Part shown: positions 36,889-48,214 of the stretch, piece after piece
How the letters are laid out: each line of letters begins with the position of its first letter
Position numbering within the stretch: the first letter of the stretch is position 1
Source: Lepidodermella squamata
Taxonomy: Eukaryota; Animalia; Gastrotricha
Length of the DNA stretch: 64,000 nucleotides
Direction: 5' to 3'
Assembly: GCA_047495785.1 (NCBI GenBank)
Contig: JBLDXI010000055.1
Location: forward strand, 1,364,001-1,428,000
Made by a program: the position numbers and the translations under genes
The notes under the pieces: model-generated
What the model saw: only the letters and a program-made list of their open reading frames with translations
What the model was told of the DNA's origin: nothing
Database searches by the model: none

Positions 36889-39800
36889 ATGGCTGGCTTG
36901 CAACAATTGTATATGTTACTATGGAAGAACTTCAAAATCAAATTTCGCACGCCGGTATAATCTATTTAAAAAAATGCTTGGAATCTAGCTTTTCATTTAA
37001 TTCCTTTCAGCTAATCTTGATATTGGAAACTTTCATTCCATTCGTATTGTTTCTACTTCTGGGAACCGTTAGAAACTTCGAACCGATCGTTCCCTACGAC
37101 ACACGTTGGTTTAACTCGAGAGAATTCGAGAATTTCAAATTATTTCGAAAATTTTACAGTTTATTCATCGGCAAAACCACTGCCATCGGCCGGCCTGGTC
37201 AACATGATGCAACATTTTCTGTGCGATTCAGTTCCCTCAGATGGCGATGGACTGCCGCTGATGACGGATAACTCGACGTAAACTCTTAACAGATTTTTGA
37301 ATGATTCGAATGACATTTTCAACCTTCCCTTTTAGGTTCTACCGGTTTCTCGAAAAGGTCGATTTTGTATACCGAGAGGTTGAAACCATTGAGGGTGGCC
37401 TAAGTAACCCAGCTTGGGCGAGAGTTCTAGATGATTTGGCCGACATTGCGTCGACCCTGCCAGCATCTGACACCTGTAAAGATCAAAAGAAGAACGAAGC
37501 TGCGAATAAAACAGAGTTAGTCAACAAACCCAAGGAATAGCGGATTCACATTAGTTCAATGCATTTTTCAGGCTGTTATACGCAGGTCTGGCAAAATTCT
37601 ACACAATGATGTGCGGTGATATAAAGAATGTGAAGAATACAACCGATGGGTTTTATTCATCTCCTTCTGATATCGGAGGGAATTCGACGGTTTTGCCTCC
37701 CGAGACCGCTCTGTCGAAGGCTTCGAAGCAGTTCCAAGCTTTCCTCGTCTTCTGGGAGCGTTTTTTGACTGGACAACTGAAGGTTCTCTACACCCCCGGC
37801 AAAAGCCCAGCTGTGCAGAATGTTGTCCGACGAGCGAATAGCACGTTTGAACTTGTCGATCTGCTAACCGTACACGCGAATCACTGGCTGACGAATTCGA
37901 CGAGCTCGCTGCGTCAAATTGTAGCTAAACTGCCGGGTTCAGCCGACAAAATTCAACTCATCGATTCGGTGGCTTGCTGGTGGTTGCAACTGATCTCCCA
38001 AGCCAACTTCAACATATTCGTACCGTTCGATCACGAAGATGACGCAATCGATTACTCGATCAACGTCGCCCACAAGGAGAACATCACTGTTTTCGCTGTT
38101 ATAGCCTTTGACGTAAATGAAACCGCCGTCGAATTACAACCACATACGACTTACAAAATTCGGACAAACTCGACTTATCTTTACAGCGTGAAACAACTAC
38201 GCCCGCTGTATTGGCAGCCTTTACCTGTCAACTGGGATTTCTTCTACTACACCTCTGGCTTCGTATTTTTGCAAGACGTTTTCGATAGAGTATGTTGTTT
38301 ACTTTGAGGATTTTAGTTAAAGTCAGCTCTGTTTTCTAGGCTATAATAGATACACTTGTCGGCTATCAAGTTGTAGATCCGGGTTCATACAGCCGCATTT
38401 TTCCGAGCCCATGTTACCTTTACGACATTTTCCGATTCACTGACAGGTACGAAATGAACCGCATTTGTGGGAATTTTGCTAGTTCTTCTATTATAGCATG
38501 ATCCTACCGTTATGCATGACGATAAGCTACGTCTACGCTGCGGCTATACTAGTCCAGAACATTGTTTCTGAGAAGGAAAATGGCCTGAAAGAATTCATGA
38601 AAGTCATGGGTTTAACGAATTTTATCCACAATTCAGCGTGGTTCATCACTGCCTTTATTCAGCTATCCATTTCCGTATCGATCGTCACAGCAATCCTGGT
38701 GGGTTTCGAAGTTATCGCCCACAGCAATCCGGTTATTATCTGGCTGATACTCGAAATCTACGCCATCGCGACTATTACATTCAGTTTTTTGCTGAGCTCG
38801 TTCTTTTCAAAGTCGAAAATTGCCTCCGCAACAGCTGGCATGGTCTATTTCTTATCCTATGTCCCTTCTCTTTCGATTGGGCTTCAAGAAGATTTGGCTG
38901 GAGTACCAATCTCTGCCTCGGTGAAAATCTTAACGTCACTCCTTTCCACCTCAGCGTTCGGCCTCAGTTGTAAATATATCGGTCTTAGCGAATCAACTGC
39001 TGTCGGGATTCAGTGGGACAATCTCACGACTTCGCCCGTTGAAAATGATGACTTCAACCTTCTGTGTGCTGTGGGCATGCTTTGCCTAGATGCTTTTCTC
39101 TACGGCATCTTAGCGTGGTACATTGAGCATGTTAAGCCCGGCGACTACGGCATTCCCAAGCCATGGTACTTTCCCCTAACTAACGCTTATTGGTCTGGGA
39201 AGTTGACAGATGATGGCTACAGAATGCCGCGATACATGGAGGCTGCATGGGAGAAGTCCAAACTCGTGTTTTACAAGGCTACAAATGCCAGCTTCGCTAA
39301 GCCGTCAGACGTGCAAGATGTGGAAAGCAATTCACTTGGCGCAGACGAGTTTTTAGCGCGAAGCTGTGAGCCTGACCCGCAGGGATCAATTCTTGGAGTG
39401 GAAATTGACAATCTAGTTAAAATTTACGAAAAGAAACGCATGGCTGTCAACAAGTTGTCGCTGAAATTATACGAATCCCAAATCACTGGTCTTTTGGGCC
39501 ACAACGGTGCTGGAAAATCGACTACAATGTCTATTCTGACGGGTATCTTACCATCGACATCAGGATCTGTTCGAATCTACGGCCATGAAATCGGGGCATG
39601 CTTAGACATGCTTCGTGGCAATCTAGGCTACTGCCCTCAGCACAACATTTTATTCGACCATTTAACGCCCGAAGAACATTTGAGGTTCTACAGCGCTTTG
39701 AAAGGCATTCCAAGCTCGATTACCGATGAGGAAATTCAGGGAATGCTCGACGACGTCGGTCTGACTAAAAAGAGGAAATCGATCGTTAGCCAGCTATCCG

Positions 39801-42800
39801 GTGGTATGAAGCGGAAACTCTCCATTGCTTTGGCTTTTCTCGGCCAATCCAAGGTGGTCATTCTAGACGAACCAACTGCTGGGGTCGATCCTTACTCTCG
39901 CCGCGCCATTTGGGACTTGATTTTGAAGTACAAAGCTGGGAGGACAATCTTACTGTCAACCCATCACATGGACGAAGCTGATGCGCTATCTGATCGGATT
40001 GCAGTCATATCAGCTGGGGCGCTGAAATGCTGCGGATCTTCGCTGTTCCTCCGCAACAATTTCTGCGAGGGTTACCACTTGGTTTGCGTTAAAACCGCTA
40101 ATGCTGAGCGCAGTTTGATTGAAGAATTCATAACTCGTCATTTGCCATCGGCTTACTTCCACTCCGAAACGAAGGAGGAGTTGCATTTCATTATTCCTTA
40201 CTCTGAGGAAAGGAACGGCCGAGCTGTTCCGTTTTTCAAAGAGTTCGATCAAGCCCTTGACAAATTAGGAATAGCTTCCGCTGGTGTATTCGACTCAACC
40301 CTTGAAGAAGCTTTCCTTAGAATCACAGGACTTACCTCGGATGGTCAGGCTGCGGCTGATGACGTGCCGCCTATTGTTGGAAACGGCGGGGCTAGAATTA
40401 GCGGCACCTCTGATATCATCTCTCCAGCTGCCCTAGACGCCTGCGCTAAAAGCGAGAACGATTCGAGCTTCTTGCGCCATTTCCGCCACTTCCGAGCTTT
40501 GATGATCAAACGTTTCATCCACGTTCGCCGCAGCTGGCGAGTTTTAATGTCGCAAATTTTGTTACCCGCTGTTTTCATCGCCATTGCCATGTCAATGTCT
40601 CTATCTGCAACGAGGGCTGGCGACTCAGTTCCCTTCGTTCTAAGCCCGTGGCAGTACAACAGTATCAGCCAGCCAGCGGGTATTTTCACGCCGACGACGA
40701 ACTACGCCCTAAAGCCAGAGCATCAGCCAACTTCGATCATCGGTGGGGATGGTTGGATTGATGCAGATGCTACGAAGATTGCAAACACCTTGAATTTGAT
40801 CAGCGGCCTATCAGCTGATTGCGTCCTACTGTCGAAAAATTTCGACCCTTATGTGTTACAAGGAATCGGCAACGTCACCCAGCCAGAAATGATTGCCTAT
40901 TTCAATCCCGAATGTGAAAACGCATTCTTTGAAGGCGTGCCTCTAGCTGGATTTTCGTCTCTGTCGAATCTCAGCCTTAAAAGTAGGGCTGGCGAAGATT
41001 ACTACTATCCTATCTGCCGATGTGCCCCGCCAGCTAATTTCCAATGCAGTGGGAACGTAGCGAAGCCTCCTCAACATCAACTGATTACGGGCGATCATCT
41101 CATCGACTTGGGATCGCAGAATATCACCGAGTACATTCTTTTCACGACTGATGACTTTAAAATGCACAGGTAGTAACTTCAACGAAATTATTTAGAGCTT
41201 TTTAGCATCAATGCTCTATGTTGTAGATATGGTGGATTGCAGTTCGGCCGGGAGCTTCAACACGTTCCGGTGAAGTTCGGCGAAGGCAAAGCGGCAATCT
41301 TGCGGAAACTCGCAACTCGGCGCATAGCTGTTAGCTACTTTGACAACAGAGGTTTCCATGCCCAGCCCATTTACATTAATTCTATGAACAACGCCATTCT
41401 GCGAGCAAATGTTGGAAAACGGCCAGAACTTGGCAACCCAGCGGCTTATGGCATCACCACCTACAACCACCCGATCAACGGCACGGACAAGCAGACATTT
41501 CAAGATATGGCGTAAGTTTTCAACCTCAGTTCAATTTTTAATCATTATTAAACTTCCTTTATAGTGTCCAAGGAACTGATATGCTGATTGCTATCTTCAT
41601 CATTATTGCCATGTCTTTCGTCCCGGCGTCTTTTGTTGTGTATCTAGTCTACGAAAGGTATCTGCTTGTCAAACATATCCATTTCATGAACGGCCTGCAT
41701 CCGATCACTTATTGGATTGCCAACTACGTTTGGGACTTGTTGAATTACCTAATTCCAGCTGGCTGTTGTCTGGTATTGAAAATCATTTTTTTTTGTAAAT
41801 TAATTTAATTTGATTGTTGTAGTTGATATTGCTGGCTTTCAATGTCCCGGCTTACGTTTACGGCGACAACTTGTCAGCAATCCTGGGACTGCTACTTCTC
41901 TACGGATGGTCAATGACACCGATGATGTATCCCCTAAGTTTCTGGCTGAACGAGCCTAGTAAAGCCTACGTTTTTCTGGTGATGCTAAACCTGTTCATTG
42001 GCACCACCTGTGTCATTACTACGTCCGTACTGGACATGTTCGCCGACACACCGGTGCTGAACGCTGCGAATGACATCTTCAAGGTTGCATTCCTGCCCTT
42101 CCCGTCGTACTGCCTCGGCCGCGGTTTCATCGACATTGCCATGAATCATTACATCAACGTTTACCACATTATGGCCGGTAAATTCGACCAGGTCGTCTCG
42201 CCGCTGACGTGGGAAGTCGCTGTGCAAAAATATGCCGCCATGGCGATTGAAGGCTTCCTGTTCTTCGTGCTGACAATCGTGCTCGAAATCATGTCCCGCC
42301 GCAACGTCGACCTGAGATGCCGACGTAAATGCGTTGAAACACCGTCGCCTGACCTGACCACCGATTCATCGTCGCCGGATGGCGATGAAGAGGACGTTGC
42401 TGCTGAGAAGAATCGAGTGCTGATGGGCGGCGCAAGCAACGACCTGCTGTTGATTGATCGACTCTCGAAAGAATTCTTCCCGAAATCCGGCCGAATTGTA
42501 GCTGTTGATCGGCTGACAATTGGCATGCCAAGCGGTGAATGTTTCGGCCTTCTTGGCCTAAATGGAGCCGGTAAATCGACCACATTTTCGATGCTATCTG
42601 GACTTGTCAACTCAAGCTGTGGTGAAGCTAGACTTGTGAGCATCTAGCTTGATAATTAATTTGTAATAATATTTTAAAAATTTTCAGCGATCGCAAATTT
42701 TGTGCAGTGACAAAACGCCATCTTCCAGCTCAATGCGATCGGTAGGATTCTGCCCGCAGACGGATCCGCTGATCGACGAGCTAACAGGACGCGAACATTT

Positions 42801-43641
42801 GCAGCTGTACACTCGGATCCGAAACATACCTTCCGACCAGGAAGATCTCGTTGTCGACAATTTGCTTACTCGCATGGGTCTGCTGCCGTATGCGGACAAG
42901 CCTAGCAAGCATTACTCGGGCGGAATGAAGCGCAAGCTTGCCGCAGCTCTGGCTCTTGTAGGTGACCCGAAAGTTGTTTTGTTGGACGAACCCACGACTG
43001 GCATGGACCCAGGATCGAGGCGCTTCTTATGGAACGTCATTCTAAAACTACGCAAAGAAAAGCGACTTGTTGTTCTAACTTCGCATAGCATGGAAGAATG
43101 CGAAGCGTTGTGCTCTCGGCTTGGCGTGATGGTCGAAGGCAAGTTGCGCTGCCTAGGCAGTACTCAGCAGCTGAAGGACAAGTTCGGGAAGGGTTACACA
43201 ATCTTCCTGCGCCTACAACCGGGTTCCGTTTTCCGGCGTGACACGTTCATGCAGGTTTTCGAGCGCTACAACATTCCAAGCTCAATGTGGCGTGTTGTAG
43301 CCCAGCGGCATCAAATTGTCGAACTGGGCCTTTTAACTCCTCGACCAGATCTGAGCAAGTTGTTCGACGCGTTAGGCTACTTGAGGCGAATGAATGCTGT
43401 TGCCGACTTTTCAGTTTCCCAGAACACACTCGATAGCGTAAGTCTTCAACATTTCATAAATGTTGCTCAAACTTGATTAATTCTCAATTTTCAGGTATTT
43501 TTATTCATGGCCAATAATACTAACAGCGTACGGCATCCCTCAGTTTTGATCCAAAATGATGCAGATACAGAGCCGCAAGCGTTGCCATCAGGTGATAACT
43601 TTCCGATGAGACCAATGACTAATCAAGCTAGCCATAGATAG
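36889..43641 (+). CDS. ABCA2: ABCA2-like ABC transporter, copy #4 (multi-exon)
   Basis: Starts [25 protein letters not shown]1 has [17 protein letters not shown]; NBD2 has [17 protein letters not shown]. Stop TAG at 43639-43641. Confidence 0.86.
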
Positions 43642-46600
43642 CTTAATATTCTGTGAAATTATTTTTAATCATTGCCCATATTATTTATATCTATCAAAAA
43701 TTTTGTACGCCTTTCTTATGTCTCGCGGAAGATCCCTGTGCGCTACATTTAAAAAAAAATGAAACAAATTCAATAATAATGTTGGGGTTTAACGATTTTT
43801 TTTATCCTAATCGTGATATTGCACAAGTTGGAAAAGAGTAATATGGCTAAAACTGTAGTGTTCACACCTAGCCATGTTTTAATTGAATGCCGATTTTGCC
43901 AGACGGTTTAAATAAATAATATCTGGTGAAGCGATTCATTTCCTACAGTCGCAAGCGGTGTGATCATCTGCTTCCTGCGCTTTCCCAATGTATTGTAGCT
44001 TCCAAGCGATGGTTATTTTTTCCAAGGAGAGCTAGTTATTTTTTTAGCCAGCAGTAAAAAAACGCAATAAAACGAAACAATTTCCTGCCATACAACCATC
44101 GTTTTTTTCATATATAAGCAAGCGGAAATGCTATCGATTCAGAACACGAGATATACGAGCGTGCAGTCCGAATGTCTCGAGGCATAGTACTGACCGACTC
44201 GAGAACATGTCAACTTTTACATGCTCGGTATTGTTTTCGCCGAGTCTGGTGTCTTCCATGCACGCATAAATATTAGGTGTTGTTGTTTTATTGAAATGCG
44301 ATGAGAATTAGCGGTCACTTCACTCGCTTGCAGTAGCTTCGGTTTTATTAAAAATACCAGCTTAATTAGAATTCGTAACTCGGTCACCGCGCCCTTAATT
44401 ACAAGCCTGTAAGGCAAGCAGCCAGAGCAGAGTGTTTACGGCAGGTCATCATCACTCACTCCACGCGCCAAATGGCGGCTGCGATCCAGCACAAAATGCG
44501 AAAAATAAACACCCATAGCATGAAAAAAGAATGAAACCACCGGCTAGAATTGCTCGCGTGTACAATATATTGGTTTCATCTCTCAGGCATGGAAAGTCTG
44601 CTATTGCGCTGACATGTACATGACAGTTCGCTCGTTCGCTCGCTCGCCCACATCTTCACCCGCGGTATGCGCACAAAAAACCACTGCAACATCTGTTAGC
44701 TAGAATAAACTCCTTTTTTTCTTGCAATAATTTGCGTTACAGTAGTTTTCTACAGCAAAAAAAGCTGTTTTCGTTCAATCAACGGCGTGTTTACCTTGGT
44801 GATATTCTGTAAGTGTTTGAGGCGCGTTTTTTATCGCGCGCGCTCAGCTGGCGTTATTGTAACGCGCACGCTTTATTGTTCAATCAGCGGTAAGCGAAAA
44901 GCGCGATTTCCGATAGGCCCTCTGCTGAATCGTTAAAAGCATATTATACATGAGTAAATGTTATACAACGAACATAACCCCCATGTGCTACTTTTTTCAA
45001 GGCGCAGTGCTTTTGGCGCCGCTGGGCGTTTTTTCGAAGTGAGTGTATTCTATGATATGTAATTGTTTAAAAAATCAAGCCTTGTCCGGCAGTAGGTGCT
45101 TACAAGATAAGATGATAACACACCGCGCCGCCGGCTAGCTATGTTGATTTTTCATTTAACACGGCGCCGCTTTGGCGATAAAAAAGCAATCATGCGCTTC
45201 TAATTGTTCTCGCGTGCGCAAATTCTAGCGATTTTTATTACTTTGCGACTACCAGTCCAGTGCGCGAACTTGCAACTACGGCGATAGTTGGTTAGATTAC
45301 CTTGGCCGGCAGAGTGGGTAGGTAACGCGATTTCAGACGGAGCCACTCGAAGGCATGTCGTGAACTCGATGTTTGTCGCATCTACATACATAATATCAAC
45401 GCGCGGGTTTATCGCACTCGAAACTTCCCAAATTGCGCTATTGAATTTTTATTTACGTTTGAAATAACAATGTTTAAATAAACTTCAGACGCGCCTCACT
45501 CCCAGTTTTGATTTGATTAAGTCGCGCCACTAGTAAACAACAGCAGGTTACTGACTCAGTAGTAGTCGTGCACTTATTTTGCTGGCTGCTGAAACTTAAG
45601 CGACGCCTTCCGGGTCGTGAAACGCAACGCTTTAACGCTCGATTATTCGCCACGCCGTCGAGCGGCGGAAGTCCAATTATAATATGCGCTTTTGTTGTTG
45701 TCGGCGCCTGCGGTCATCCAACATCGTCGCACACTGCTGTTATGATATTATTATTGCCCACAATTATGCGCGGCCGAGCCCAGGTGGGTGCCGATAACTC
45801 TCGCCGCATTTATTATAATAATATCAAATGCCACTGCCGAGCTGGCGACGTATTCGAGTGCGCTTCAACCTGCCACTGCCGCGCCTTATTACCATCACGG
45901 CGGTGAAATATTGCAATCGATAAAACAAGCCAGCTTTTTTTACGCACGGTTTATTTGCTCAATTCGACTGCTGCCAATCACCAGTAGCCGTGGCCAGCCT
46001 ACCACCACAACCACCACCACCCCCACTTGATTATTTTTCATCCAACCTGCGAGTGCGCTTGATTTTTTTGTCTACCCCGCGCGGCCCGTCAATGAGCGCA
46101 AATATGTCGCGTTTTTTTCTAGATGCGCTCTCTTGTCAATTACTTATGCATATGATCACCGTCGTCGTCATCATCATTAGCGAGGGCGTGTAATTATCAT
46201 CCGGCCGTTTTTCGCGCAACATCTCCACTTTGTCACGTTTTTACTAGGCCGCCGTTTTCGTCGCGACATCATCCACTGAATAGCCCGTATCGTTTTCAAT
46301 TAACCGCGCTCTCAAAAGAGACTCTAATCGGCGCCGCTCGTTTTCTCGCGCCAATAATTTCGGGCATTATTCGTTACAATACCTGGGAGAGGTTGTGTGT
46401 TCTGTGTATTTTAGCAATTATAACGCGCCAGCTCAACAACACTTGTTTGTTTGCGAGTTGTTTGCAGCGGCGTCGGCGGCGGCTGGGCGGGCGATGACGA
46501 TGTTCTGCTGCTGGGCGCCGACGTTCTGGCTCATCTAACGAAACAGCGAAACATCGCGACACTAAACGCGGCCGCAAAAATCAGTGCCTCGCGCCGCCGC

Positions 46601-48214
46601 CGCAATAAAATCGGCGGGCGGCTGCGCATTTATATACACTTTCTTCGCAGCTGTGCTACTGCTCGCTTTTCGCTAGGCTTGTGAATAAAGCTGACGACAA
46701 CAATGTAATATCTCTAAAAGCTGCGATTTAAGTACAAGTGCAATGAAACAATTTGTCGTAAAAATGTATTATAACAACGCTTCATATCAGTTATATTATC
46801 GCTCTGTATCGCTGCTGTGATTGTAAATTACACCATTTTATTTCGCCTAACAATAACAATAATGCCTAATAGTAATAATAATAATAAGAACAATCGAACA
46901 CGGGGGCGCCTAAGCACCCAAGCGAAACCGAGGACGCGCACTTTGTCTTTTATGGCTCCCAGGCGCCGCGTGGCCGCTGTCTGTCATGTCGCTCGCCGGT
47001 TCCGCATGATTGCGAACGAACGATGAACGCGTTTTTTTTCCCGTCTTCCTGGGCCTATTTTAATCATTGTCGAGCAATTACACCGAGAGGCGCCGGCGCA
47101 AGCACCGACGTAGTCTTGCCGCGCGTCTTTTCTACAACATTCGGCCAGTGTCCGAAAAATCACCACGCCAAATTTTCTATCGATGATAATAACACCGCAA
47201 AATAACAAGCGAATTTTTGCTTATCGTCATCGTTCATGATTGGCGGCTGCCGTGCGACAGTTTTTGCCGAAACAACAACTTTGGCGCCGTGCAACCGGGC
47301 TTTTTAGCCGATATATACTAGTTGTTATGTGTTCACCAAACACTCACACACCGCTCTGCCAATCGTCGTCGTCGTCTAATAATGTCGCGCATTTGTTGAC
47401 AATCGTTTTTGCCTATCCCCACGAGTCATCGCACGAGAGCGCGCAAAACAACAAACATTTCGGCGGCACCTGAGCAAAAACATACTTGCGCCATGATAGT
47501 GGTGGTAATTTAATTTTTAGCGCCCGCCGATCAAGTCGCAATTACAGCCATTTCCGCGCTATTTATCGCGCTGCTGCTGCTGCAAAAATCGAACAAACTT
47601 TTTATTTTGTTTATTATTTTTCATGCGCGCTGCTGCGTACCGGTGGTTGTGCCGCCTTAAAAAAAACTCTACTTCCAAAGCCGCCGCTCGGCAAATATTT
47701 GCGGCACAACAAGATGCTGCCTGTGTGTAACTGTCGCCGTTTCGCTGTAATTAGCAGCGTTTTGGCAATTGTCATTAATACTACTAGCATTACAGCTGTA
47801 AAAAGCTAACGCGAGCTACTACTGCTGCTCTTCTCTTGACGAAGAGCCTGCTCAAGTGCGACGGCGAGCGGCCGCGCGCTTTAACGCGCTGGATTATCCA
47901 GACGTCACTTAGCGTCGTTAAACAGCTGCGCGTTTTTAACCACCCAATCGGCATCCATTACGCCCGTAAATCCGGCGGGGGCTGGCGACGCAGCTTTAAA
48001 TTGTGACTTTACCATCACCATTATATAGACTTTTACAATATTCATATACTGTGTGCGCTGAAGGACCGAACATTTTTGTTGCCGATGATGCGGTGAAAAT
48101 CGGTTCTAATAGCCGCCGCGTCTCTAGCTGTTGTTGTTATTTTCGTCACATCACAAGCAATGGCGATTCGGCTATTAGCCGCCATTGCCTCGTCATTCAC
48201 TTCACGCGCTTAGA

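Noticed and set aside
804-43641. ABCA genes appearing fragmented or frameshifted (pseudogenes)
   Set aside because: Every break examined is explained by a ~50-nt GT-AG intron that restores the frame
44200-48100. Numerous 60-130 aa ORFs upstream of AChE
   Set aside because: Low-complexity translations in all frames with no motifs; expected from composition
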